Origin: Segniliparus sp.
Lineage (GTDB): Bacteria; Actinomycetota; Actinomycetes; Mycobacteriales; Mycobacteriaceae
NCBI RefSeq assembly: GCF_051660745.1
Contig: NZ_JBOFQF010000038.1
Span: 75,039 to 107,038 of the forward strand
Direction: 5' to 3'
DNA: 32,000 nt
A program made the position numbers and the translations under genes. The first letter of the stretch is position 1; each line of letters begins with the position of its first letter. Below the pieces are notes generated by a model. It made no database searches and was not told where the DNA came from. It was given only the letters and a program-made list of their open reading frames with translations. Shown here piece after piece: positions 9,976 to 17,588 of the stretch.

Positions 9976-10422
9976 GTGGCGAACGTGGCCGAAGAAGTGT
10001 CCCAGTGGTTCTTCGAGGAGTATTTCCAAACCTACGTCGGCTCGCTGAACGGCTCGCTCGCCGTCGGCCCCGAGTTCCTCCTGGACTACTGGAACGTGCC
10101 GGTGCGCCTCAGCGCGCCGGGGTTCGCCGCGTGGCTCCGCGCGGACGAGGCGGTCGTCGGCTTCCACCGGGACTTCGACCGCGTCCAGGCGCAGAGCCAG
10201 GGGTTCGCCGACACCGCCGTGCTGGACAGCGCGGTCGTCGGGTACCACGCCGACGCGGCGGGGGTCGAGCTGGTTTTCTCCCGCCGTCGTGCCGACGGCT
10301 CGGAGATCGGGCGTTTCGCGGCCCACTACGAGGTGGGCAGGGACGCGCGGGGCTGGCGGATCTTCTCCGTGCAGACCGCCCCGACGGCGGCGGAGTCGCT
10401 CGCGGAGGCGTGGGGGCAGTAG
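9976..10422 (+). CDS. Hypothetical protein (possibly NTF2/SnoaL-like fold)
   Basis: GTG start preceded by gagaaggagg; high GC3; no diagnostic motif recognised. Confidence 0.55.
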   Translation: MANVAEEVSQWFFEEYFQTYVGSLNGSLAVGPEFLLDYWNVPVRLSAPGFAAWLRADEAVVGFHRDFDRVQAQSQGFADTAVLDSAVVGYHADAAGVELVFSRRRADGSEIGRFAAHYEVGRDARGWRIFSVQTAPTAAESLAEAWGQ

Positions 10423-10438
10423 GCTCGCCGAGCATGCT

Positions 10439-10457
10439 ATGTCAACAATATTGACAT
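10439..10457. promoter_or_regulatory. Inverted repeat ATGTCAA-caata-TTGACAT in the DDN-gene promoter region
   Basis: Perfect 7-bp arms with a 5-bp spacer, flanked by direct TGCTATG copies (10435-10441 and 10462-10468). TATGCT at 10465-10470 sits 6 nt before ATG 10477, which is the geometry of a leaderless promoter. Confidence 0.3.
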
Positions 10458-10476
10458 TGTGTGCTATGCTGGAGCT

Positions 10477-10929
10477 ATGGCTGAGATAGATATCACACCC
10501 CCGCCGAAGTGGCTCAAGCTCGTCAACAAAGGCATGGTCTTCGCGCAGCGCGCGCTCGGAGTCACGATGGGCCCGGTCCACGTGCTGACCGTCCCCGGCC
10601 GGACTTCCGGCGAGCCGAGGTCCACCCCGATGTCGATCGTGGCGTTGAACGGCGCCCGCTACGTCGTCGCGGGCTACGCGAAATCCGATTGGGTGCGCAA
10701 CGCCCGCGCCGCGAAGGCCGGGACGCTCTCGGTGGGCAAGAAATCGCAGGACGTGGGCATTGTCGAGGTCGACGCGGACGAAGCGCGCCCGGTGCTGCGC
10801 GAATTCCCGACCCAAGTCCCCACCGGGGTGGGGTTCATGAAGCGCAGCGGCGTGGTCGAGAACGGCACGCCCGAGGAGTTCGAGGCGTTGGCGGGCTCTG
10901 TCGTCGTCTTCCGTTTCGACTCTTTGTGA
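10477..10929 (+). CDS. Nitroreductase-family deazaflavin (F420)-dependent oxidoreductase (DDN family)
   Basis: LKLVNKGMVFAQRALG...HVLTVPGRTSGEPRSTPMSIVALNGARYVVAGYAKSDWVRNARAAKAGTL is the DDN/PF04075-type pattern (GRKSG/GRTSG...P..., sDWvrN). Its last 25 nt form the left copy of the islet-flanking repeat. Confidence 0.85.
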   Translation: MAEIDITPPPKWLKLVNKGMVFAQRALGVTMGPVHVLTVPGRTSGEPRSTPMSIVALNGARYVVAGYAKSDWVRNARAAKAGTLSVGKKSQDVGIVEVDADEARPVLREFPTQVPTGVGFMKRSGVVENGTPEEFEALAGSVVVFRFDSL

Positions 10930-10931
10930 TC
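10905..10931. repeat. Left copy of the imperfect direct repeat flanking the GC-poor islet (attL-like)
   Basis: cgtcttccgtttcgactc(tttgt)gatct here, versus cgtctttccgcttcgactcgatct at 14055-14078. The 18-nt core differs by one substitution and one single-base indel, followed by a shared gatct. Confidence 0.55.
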
Positions 10932-11605
10932 TCCCTGCGGATAGCTGGGGTCTTCGGAGAGTTTGCTGTGTGGTTGCGGCCAACGAAAGTTGCAGCAGTG
11001 CTTGGCTTGGCGGAGCCGAGTCTCCAGCGAAACCAGTCCGAGTGCGCAGCTTCGGGTGCGCAGCCCTGGTTTTGTGCTGTTTCCCATGTGCCGAGCGGAG
11101 CGCAATGGTGATGGGGTAGGAATTTGGAGGTTTGAGCGTGATGGCAGAGTTTGCTGATTTGGGCGGTAGAGGGCCAAGGGGTCAATCTCATATGCAGACA
11201 AAGCCGTGAAGTCGGAAACTATTTTCGGGAAGAGATGCGCGCTCGTGTGGATGCCTGCAACGCGCCCTTGGGGAAATAGAGGCGGAGCGTGCGAGTCGGA
11301 ATGGGAGATCGAGTCTTGGTCTTTTGGCACGCGACGGGACTTGATGTCCGGCCAGCCGGGAATTGACTGGTCGTTTTTCCGCTGTTAGTGCAGCTCGATC
11401 CGGCCATCATTCGGCTCTCTTAAGGTATGGTGGCTCTCTGTCGGATCGTCCCTGCGCGGCTGGCGATGCCTCCGGATGGCCTTATCCGACCCCAGGGTTC
11501 GTCGATGCGTCTACCGGTCTATAGTCCGCTTCATGGGTAGTATGTTCCATACGCGTGCCCACCCCAGGGGACGCGGCGGAACTCATTGAACAAGGTAGGG
11601 CAGGC

Positions 11606-12772
11606 ATGATGCCAGTCGAGAATAAGACCACTAATTTGAACGCCGCCAGGGCAGCCAAGAACGATGAGTTTTACACGCAGTGGGCTGACATCGAGCGCGA
11701 GATCAATGCGTACCTCGAGTACGATCCGGATGTGTTCCGGGGCAAAGTGGTGTTGTTGCCATGCGATGATCCGGAATGGAGTAATTTCGCTAAATTCTTC
11801 GCCTTGCACTTCGTCGCCCTTGGCCTCAAAAAACTCATATCAACATCGTATGCCCCGGACAGCAAGCCTGCCAGTCATTTCTATACCCCGACGGATTTCG
11901 AGGCTGCCGACCCCAAATTTGATGCGACCAAGACGCGACTCAACGGTAAGAAGTTTGTGCTGGAGCCGACGGATATCAACGGTGATGGTATGGTCAACAT
12001 CGATGACCTGCAGTGGGAGTATCTTGACGGCGATGGCGACTTCCGCAGCTTAGAAGTGACTAAGCTCCGCGACGAAGCGGACATCGTGATCACCAACCCG
12101 CCGTTCAGCCTCTTCCGGGAGTTCGTGACCTGGCTGATCGAGGGCGGTAAGCAGTTTGCAGTGATCGGTAGCAACAACGCGATCACTTACGCTGAGGTTT
12201 TCCCGCACATCAAGTCAAATCGGTTATGGAAGGGTGCGACTGCGAACAGCACCGACATGGTGTTCGGAGTCCCGAAGGGCGCAAAGGTATCCGATGCGGA
12301 CCGGCTGAAGGCCGAGAAGCTCGGTTACCCGTCAGACGACGAGCGGGACTACACGCGGCTCGGCAACTCCTGCTGGTTCACAAACATCGACCACGGCCGA
12401 CGCCACGAACCGTTGCAGCTCATGACTATGGCTGACAACCTCAAGTTCAACAAGCGGTTGATCAAGAAGCTCGACGGTGAAGAGAGCTACCAGCGCTACG
12501 AGAACTTCGATGCGATCGAAGTGCCGTACACGGATGCGATCCCATCCGACTTCGTCGGTGCGATGGGTGTGCCGATTACGTTCCTTGACAGATACAATCC
12601 GGATCAGTTCGAGATCATTGGTAACGGCGAGGGGCGTTTGGCGGCGGCAATGGGAGTTACCCCGCTTGGGCCCGACTTCGTAGGGAATCAGGGGCGTACT
12701 AAGCTAGGCATCGCGAGCACCAAGCAGGCAGTTTTCAAACGTATTCTCATCCGGCGGAAGGACGCCTCTTGA
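11606..12772 (+). CDS. EcoRI-like (PF13651-type) N6-adenine-specific DNA methyltransferase
   Basis: [23 protein letters not shown]...[16 protein letters not shown]...[17 protein letters not shown]...[12 protein letters not shown]. The NDEFYT N-terminal motif, the LLPCDD SAM-pocket region and catalytic NPPF are the hallmarks I associate with the EcoRI-methylase-like family. ATG 11606 (SD-like aaggtaggg upstream) is preferred; GTG 11555 is an alternative. Confidence 0.85.
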   Translation: MMPVENKTTNLNAARAAKNDEFYTQWADIEREINAYLEYDPDVFRGKVVLLPCDDPEWSNFAKFFALHFVALGLKKLISTSYAPDSKPASHFYTPTDFEAADPKFDATKTRLNGKKFVLEPTDINGDGMVNIDDLQWEYLDGDGDFRSLEVTKLRDEADIVITNPPFSLFREFVTWLIEGGKQFAVIGSNNAITYAEVFPHIKSNRLWKGATANSTDMVFGVPKGAKVSDADRLKAEKLGYPSDDERDYTRLGNSCWFTNIDHGRRHEPLQLMTMADNLKFNKRLIKKLDGEESYQRYENFDAIEVPYTDAIPSDFVGAMGVPITFLDRYNPDQFEIIGNGEGRLAAAMGVTPLGPDFVGNQGRTKLGIASTKQAVFKRILIRRKDAS

Positions 12773-13935
12773 AGACCGAACTCAAGCACTACACCGTCGG
12801 GGAAATCATCACGGGTTTCGTCTACAACGAGATGGAGGGCAAGGGTCTCTTCGGTCTTGACGGCAAGCTCGTCATCCAGCCGGAGTATCAGCGCAACTAC
12901 ATTTATAACGACGGCAAGCGTGATGTCGCGGTAATAGATTCGCTGCTCAAGGGGTATCCGCTCGGGCTGATTTACTTCAACGTCGAAGGTGAAATGCTCG
13001 AAGTTCTGGACGGCCAGCAACGGATCACAAGCTTTGGTCGCTTCGTGACCGGAAAGTTTGCCATCAAGGTCGACGGCAAAGAGCAGACGTTTTCCTCGCT
13101 GCCCAAAGATCAACAGCAAAAGATCTTGGATACCAAGCTCGATATCTATGAATGCGAAGGCGATGAGGCCGAGATTAAGCAGTGGTTCGAGACAATTAAT
13201 ATAGCGGGCGTACCGTTGAATAAACAAGAGCTATTGAACGCGATCTACTCGGGACCATTCGTCACTGCCGCCAAGGTCGAATATAGCAACTCAAACAACG
13301 CGAACATGCAGAAATGGCAGTCCTACATTGCTGGCGACCCCAGGCGTCAGCAGATCCTCGCCGAGGCGTTGGCATGGGTAGCTTCGTTGCAGAAATTGAG
13401 CATCGATGCCTACCTGGCGCAGCATCGACAGGATGGCAATATCAAGCAGTTGAGGACCTATTTTACATCGGTAATCGACTGGGTCAGCAGCGTCTTCACC
13501 CGACCACCTGACAAAGAGATGCGCGGCCTTGAATGGGGTCGGCTATATGAGGTCTACCACTCGAAGTCCTACAGTGAGTCGATGATCGAAAATCGAGTCG
13601 AAGAACTGCGCAAGGATCCGTTTATCGGCAACCGTAAAAATATCTACGAGTTTCTACTCGGGGGTGAGACTGATACGCAGCTTTTAGAGATCCGGTTATT
13701 CGACAAGAAAATAAAAGCACTCGCTTACGATCAACAGACTGGCAAGGCTAAAGTTGCCGGTATCTCGAACTGCCCGCTGTGCGCCGTAGGAAATAATCCC
13801 AATAAGACCCGCATCTACAAGGACAATGAGATGGATGCCGACCATGTCGCAGCCTGGTCAAAGGGCGGTAAGACTGATCTGACCAACTGCGAAATGCTCT
13901 GTGTGACGCATAATCGCGCCAAAGGCAACAAGTAA
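12769..13935 (+). CDS. DUF262 (ParB/GmrSD-N-like) domain protein with C-terminal HNH endonuclease
   Basis: The TTG start overlaps the MTase stop (TTGA at 12769-12772). N-terminus: [11 protein letters not shown]...[16 protein letters not shown]...[12 protein letters not shown] (the DGQQR motif of DUF262). C-terminus: CPLCAVGN...[34 protein letters not shown] (CxxC...DH...N...HN, a His-Me finger). Confidence 0.85.
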   Translation: MKTELKHYTVGEIITGFVYNEMEGKGLFGLDGKLVIQPEYQRNYIYNDGKRDVAVIDSLLKGYPLGLIYFNVEGEMLEVLDGQQRITSFGRFVTGKFAIKVDGKEQTFSSLPKDQQQKILDTKLDIYECEGDEAEIKQWFETINIAGVPLNKQELLNAIYSGPFVTAAKVEYSNSNNANMQKWQSYIAGDPRRQQILAEALAWVASLQKLSIDAYLAQHRQDGNIKQLRTYFTSVIDWVSSVFTRPPDKEMRGLEWGRLYEVYHSKSYSESMIENRVEELRKDPFIGNRKNIYEFLLGGETDTQLLEIRLFDKKIKALAYDQQTGKAKVAGISNCPLCAVGNNPNKTRIYKDNEMDADHVAAWSKGGKTDLTNCEMLCVTHNRAKGNK

Positions 13936-14054
13936 TACTCGGTTTCATCTTCTGTCTAGGATCGGTGGGGTGGAGCTTGTTCGGCCCATGCCGTGCATAT
14001 GTCCCACATCGGCAGACCAAAGCCGACGTGTCCCAGTTGTAGATGGCGACTGGC

Positions 14055-14078
14055 CGTCTTTCCGCTTCGACTCGATCT
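14055..14078. repeat. Right copy of the islet-flanking direct repeat (attR-like); retains an in-frame pseudo 3' end ...SFRFDSI*
   Basis: tct ttc cgc ttc gac tcg atc tag reads SFRFDSI-stop. The intact DDN gene ends ...VFRFDSL-stop at 10929. Similarity does not extend further upstream. Confidence 0.55.
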
Positions 14079-14104
14079 AGCTCCGCCGTGGCTACACTTG
14101 CGGC

Positions 14105-14548
14105 ATGGCTGAGACTGTGACGTTGGCACCCGAGGTGCGCGCTTTCCTGGCCGAGGGCACGCGCACCGGGATCGTGGCCTGGACCGGGCCGACCGGCCAG
14201 CCGTTCGCGGCTCCGGTCTGGTTCGTCGTGGAGGGGGACGACCTGCTGTTCACCACGGTGGCCGCCTCGGCGAAGGGCAAGGCGTTCCAGCGCGACCCGC
14301 GCATCGCGCTCACCGCGCAGCTCTCGGAGCCGCCGTACGCGTTCGTGCAGGTCCGTGGCGTCGTCGAGCTCAGCGACGACCTCGTCGAGGTCCGCCGGGT
14401 GGCGACCCTCGCGGGCGGGCGCTACATGGGGGCCGAGCGGGCCGAGGAGTTCGGGGCCCGCAACGGGGTCCCCGGCGAGCTCGCCGTCCGGCTGCGGCCG
14501 GTGAAAGTGGTGGCCGCGCTCGATGTGACGGCGCCGAGTTCTTCATAA
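14105..14548 (+). CDS. PPOX-class (pyridoxamine 5'-phosphate oxidase-like) probable F420-dependent enzyme
   Basis: VRAFLAEGTRTGIVAWTGPTGQPFAAPVWFVVEGDDLLFTT...KGKAFQRDPRIALT...PPYAFVQVRGVVEL, a typical split-barrel PPOX pattern. Confidence 0.8.
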   Translation: MAETVTLAPEVRAFLAEGTRTGIVAWTGPTGQPFAAPVWFVVEGDDLLFTTVAASAKGKAFQRDPRIALTAQLSEPPYAFVQVRGVVELSDDLVEVRRVATLAGGRYMGAERAEEFGARNGVPGELAVRLRPVKVVAALDVTAPSSS

Positions 14549-14605
14549 GCAGAGTTCCCAGTGAATCCAGTCCTGTCCCACAGTTTCGGGGGCTAGGCTC
14601 CGGCC

Positions 14606-15049
14606 ATGCGATCACGATGTTTCCCCCGAGCGGCGCTCGCGGCGCTGGCCGGATTGGCTTTTGGAGGCGCGAGCGCGATGGCGGACCCAGCTGGTTTGAG
14701 CGGCGGATGGCTGGTGCGGTCGGCCTCCGGCCCCGGCTCCGAAGCCCTCAACGCCGCCAAGCCGCAGAAGATCGCCTTCGCCGAGGGGCAGGTGCGCGTT
14801 TCGGGCGCCTGCAACGCGCTCTTCGGGCCTGCCGAGGCGGGGGATTCGCAGATCGAGTTCGGGCCGGGCCTCGCCTCGACCCGGATGGCCTGCCCGGGGG
14901 ACCGGATGGCTTCGGACCAGTTCGTCGCCGATGTCTTCCACGGCTCCGCCGACTATTCAGTCGAGGACGGGGTCGTGCGGATCGTGAACGGCGGCCGTGT
15001 CCTGGTCCTCGAACGCGCGACCGGCCCCGGCGACGGTCCAGTGGACTAG
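14606..15049 (+). CDS. Secreted META-domain (HslJ-like) protein
   Basis: Signal peptide MRSRCFPRAALAALAGLAFGGASAMA, then GGWLV...KIAFAEGQVRVSGACNALFGP...GPGLASTRMACPGDRMASDQFVADVF..., the META pattern GCN...y......m..T.maC. Confidence 0.75.
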   Translation: MRSRCFPRAALAALAGLAFGGASAMADPAGLSGGWLVRSASGPGSEALNAAKPQKIAFAEGQVRVSGACNALFGPAEAGDSQIEFGPGLASTRMACPGDRMASDQFVADVFHGSADYSVEDGVVRIVNGGRVLVLERATGPGDGPVD

Positions 15050-15057
15050 GGCCGCCG

Positions 15058-16821
15058 TCACTCCAGCTGTTCGGACAGGTCCAGCCAGCGGTCTTCGAGC
15101 TCGGTTTGCTCGCGTTCGAGCGCGCGGAGCGCGTCCGCCTGCGCGGCGAGCCCCTTGAAGTCGTCTTGGTCGTGCGCTGCGAGTTTGTGCTGCGCGGCTT
15201 CGATCTGCGCGACGAGCTTTTGGACGCGGCGTTCGACGGCCGCGAGCTCTTTCTGCGCCGCGCGCAGCTCCGAGCCCGACGCGCTGGCTTTGGCCTGCCC
15301 GCCCGAGGGGGCTTCGACTGTGCGCCGCAGCGTCAGGTACTCCTCGACGCCGCCGGGCAGGTGCCGCATCTTCCCGCCGAGGACCGCGTACTGCTGGTCG
15401 GTGACGCGTTCGAGCAGGTAGCGGTCGTGCGAGACGACGAGCAGCGTCCCCGGCCAGTTGTCCAGGAGGTCTTCGAGCGCGACCAACATGTCGGTGTCGA
15501 GGTCGTTGGTCGGCTCGTCCAGGATGAGCACGTTGGGCTCGTCCAGCAGGATGAGCAAGAGCTGGAGCCTGCGTTTCTGCCCGCCGGAGAGGTCGCGGAT
15601 CGGCGTGGACAGCTGGGCGCTGGAGAACCCGAGCCGCTCCAAGAGCTGCGAGGGGCTTTGCTCCTTGCCGTCGATCACGTAGGAGCTGCGCTTGTCCGCG
15701 AGCACCTCGCGCACCCGCGCCGACTCGTGGTCGGCGAGCTCGACGAGGTTCTGGCTGAGCGTCGCGATCTTGACGGTCTTGCCCCGGACGACCCGGCCCT
15801 CGGTGGCCGCGACTTCGCCGGTGACCAGGCCGAGGAGCGTGGACTTCCCGGCTCCGTTCACCCCGAGGATCCCGGTGCGCTCGCCGGGGGCGATGCGCCA
15901 TTCGATGCCCTGCAACACCTGTTTGTCGCCGTAGGAGACCCCGACGTCGACCAGGTCGACCACGGTTTTGCCGAGCCGCGAGATGGCGGTGGACTTGAGC
16001 GCGACGGTGTTGCGCGGCGGGGGCTCGTTCGCGATGAGCTGGTTCGCGGCCTCGATGCGGAACTTCGGCTTGCTGGTCCGCGCGGGGGCTCCGCGCCGCA
16101 GCCACGCGAGCTCCTTGCGCATAAGGTTCTGGCGTTTGGACTCGCTCGCGGCCGCCATCCGGTCCCGCTCGACCCTGGCGAGCACATACGCCGCGTACCC
16201 GCCGTCGAACGGCTCGACGACCCGGTCGTGCACCTCCCAGGTGGTGGTGCAGACCTCGTCGAGGAACCAGCGGTCGTGGGTGACGACCAACAAGCCGCCC
16301 GCATTGCGGGACCAACGGTTTTTCATATGCTCGGCGAGCCAGGTGACGCCTTCGAGGTCCAAGTGGTTCGTCGGCTCGTCCAGCATGAGGACGTCCCAGT
16401 CGCCCGCGAGCAGGGCCGCGAGGCCGACCCGGCGGCGTTGCCCGCCCGACAGCGCCCGGACCGGAGTCTCCCACAGCGCCTGGTCGGGCAACAGCCCGGC
16501 GAACACGTCGCGGATCTTGGGGTCCGAGGCCCACGCATGCTCGGGCACATCGCCGACGACGGCGTGGCGCACGGTGGCCTCGGGGTCGAGGTTGTCGGAT
16601 TGGCCGAGCACCCCGACATGGACGCCGCTGCGCGTAGTCACCCGCCCGGCGTCCGGTTTGTCGAGGCCCGCGAGCAGGCGCATGAGCGTGGACTTGCCGT
16701 CGCCGTTGCGCCCGACCAGGCCGATGCGGTCGCCTTCGGAGACGCCGAGCGTCACCGAGTCGAGGACGACTTTCGTTGGGAATTCGCGGCGGATCGACTC
16801 CGCGCCGAGCAGGTGCGCCAT
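15058..16821 (-). CDS. ABC-F family ATPase (Uup/EttA-like translation-associated ABC protein, no TM domain)
   Basis: Two ABC cassettes: GLVGRNGDGKST / LSGGQRRRVGLA / LMLDEPTNHLD and GILGVNGAGKST / LSGGQKRRLQLL / LILDEPTNDLD. There is an inter-domain linker, a C-terminal coiled coil (LRAAQKELAAVERRVQKLVAQIEAAQHKLA) and no membrane domain. Confidence 0.9.
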   Translation of the reverse strand: MAHLLGAESIRREFPTKVVLDSVTLGVSEGDRIGLVGRNGDGKSTLMRLLAGLDKPDAGRVTTRSGVHVGVLGQSDNLDPEATVRHAVVGDVPEHAWASDPKIRDVFAGLLPDQALWETPVRALSGGQRRRVGLAALLAGDWDVLMLDEPTNHLDLEGVTWLAEHMKNRWSRNAGGLLVVTHDRWFLDEVCTTTWEVHDRVVEPFDGGYAAYVLARVERDRMAAASESKRQNLMRKELAWLRRGAPARTSKPKFRIEAANQLIANEPPPRNTVALKSTAISRLGKTVVDLVDVGVSYGDKQVLQGIEWRIAPGERTGILGVNGAGKSTLLGLVTGEVAATEGRVVRGKTVKIATLSQNLVELADHESARVREVLADKRSSYVIDGKEQSPSQLLERLGFSSAQLSTPIRDLSGGQKRRLQLLLILLDEPNVLILDEPTNDLDTDMLVALEDLLDNWPGTLLVVSHDRYLLERVTDQQYAVLGGKMRHLPGGVEEYLTLRRTVEAPSGGQAKASASGSELRAAQKELAAVERRVQKLVAQIEAAQHKLAAHDQDDFKGLAAQADALRALEREQTELEDRWLDLSEQLE

Positions 16822-16825
16822 GTGG

Positions 16826-17266
16826 TCATTTCTTGTCGGGGTGGGGGACGGCTACGAGATCTAATCCATTGATCCCGGCGAAGTCCTTCGGATTGCAGGT
16901 GTAGAGCGGCAGCCCATTCGCGATGGCGACAGAGGCGATGAGCATGTCGAACCCGCGAGCAGCAGGCTTGCGCCCCGCGGCCCGCAGTTCCGCCGAGACT
17001 CGGCCGAAAGCTTGCGCTGCCGCCGTGTCGAACGGAATCGGGTCGAACCGTGCTTCCACTCGTTGGAGACGGGCTTGTCGAACGGCTCGTTCTTCGAGGG
17101 TGAGCGCGACAAGCGGCCCGACCGAGAGCTCGGCGAGGGTGATCGCGCTGATCGTTGCTTCATCGGGGAGGCTCTGCGGATCTGCGATCCGCTCAAGATG
17201 GATCACGGCGGAGGTGTCCAAGAGGCCTCGGCGAATGCTCACGGCAGGTGTCGGGCCGTGGCTCAC
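16826..17266 (-). CDS. vapC: PIN-domain ribonuclease toxin VapC
   Basis: LLDTSAVIHL (first acidic residue), ISAITLAEL, FDMLIASVAIANGLPLYTCNPKDF (the C-terminal PIN Asp/Asn region). GTG 17266 overlaps the antitoxin stop (GTGA); GTG 17242 is an alternative. Confidence 0.85.
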   Translation of the reverse strand: MSHGPTPAVSIRRGLLDTSAVIHLERIADPQSLPDEATISAITLAELSVGPLVALTLEERAVRQARLQRVEARFDPIPFDTAAAQAFGRVSAELRAAGRKPAARGFDMLIASVAIANGLPLYTCNPKDFAGINGLDLVAVPHPDKK

Positions 17267-17520
17267 GCCTCTCGGTCCCAGATGGTGTACCAGCTGCCGG
17301 TGGCCGAGTCGACGTCACGTCGGAAGGACTCGTAGTCCATCGGCGGCAAATTCTGAAAGGCCGAGATGAGCTCGTCTCTGGTGGGATTGCGCCGTCGGGT
17401 GGGCCGCAGCTCGGCCACCGGTTCGCCATTCTTGGTCACGAGCAGCGTCTCGCCCCGCTGCACGCGGTCGAGCACTTCGCCGCCGTGGTTGCGCAAGTCT
17501 CGGACGCTGACGGTTTCCAC
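17263..17520 (-). CDS. Phd/YefM-family antitoxin (VapB role)
   Basis: (GTG)ETVSVRDLRNHGGEVLDRVQRGETLLVTKNGEPVAELRP is a classic Phd/YefM N-terminus. 85 aa, overlapping the downstream PIN gene. Confidence 0.85.
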   Translation of the reverse strand: METVSVRDLRNHGGEVLDRVQRGETLLVTKNGEPVAELRPTRRRNPTRDELISAFQNLPPMDYESFRRDVDSATGSWYTIWDREA

Positions 17521-17532
17521 GACAGAAGTGTA

Positions 17533-17551
17533 TCACGCGTGAGACAGTCTC
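17533..17551. promoter_or_regulatory. Overlapping palindromes TCACGCGTGA / GAGACaGTCTC upstream of the antitoxin gene (candidate TA autoregulatory operator)
   Basis: A perfect 10-bp palindrome (17533-17542) abuts a 5-1-5 palindrome (17541-17551). On the minus strand TACACT lies 6 nt before the GTG start and there is no SD, which suggests a leaderless promoter with the operator immediately upstream. Confidence 0.35.
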
Positions 17552-17588
17552 GCTGTTCGGTGTCAGTGACCCGGCTCATACTTGATTC

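Larger units (their letters stand above)
10923..14054. mobile_element. Horizontally acquired GC-poor islet (~3.1 kb) carrying a methyltransferase + DUF262-HNH pair; no recombinase gene
   Basis: An abrupt change in composition and codon usage (frequent A/T-ending codons such as aat, aaa, tat, gat) against flanks at ~70% GC. It is bracketed by the direct repeats above, inserted between two F420-family genes, and has no integrase or transposase ORF. Confidence 0.6.

Noticed and set aside
10963-11388. Short + strand ORFs (64 aa at 10963-11157, 60 aa at 11206-11388) as a possible controller (C) protein of the R-M-like pair.
   Set aside because: They show no helix-turn-helix pattern, have Cys/Trp/Arg-rich improbable composition and lack a ribosome-binding site. 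They are treated as non-coding, though flagged in the findings as an unexplained spacer.
11440-11530. tRNA-like segment (ccccagggttcgtcgatgcg) as a potential integration target within the islet.
   Set aside because: GGTTCGTCG does not continue into a T-arm/acceptor pairing, and no cloverleaf can be drawn. I found no tRNA anywhere in the window.
12688-13227. 179-aa minus-strand ORF inside the DUF262-HNH gene, as a possible antisense immunity or antitoxin gene.
   Set aside because: It lies entirely antisense to the conserved DUF262 core, has Leu/Ile-rich mirror-codon composition typical of a shadow frame, and has no SD or start context.
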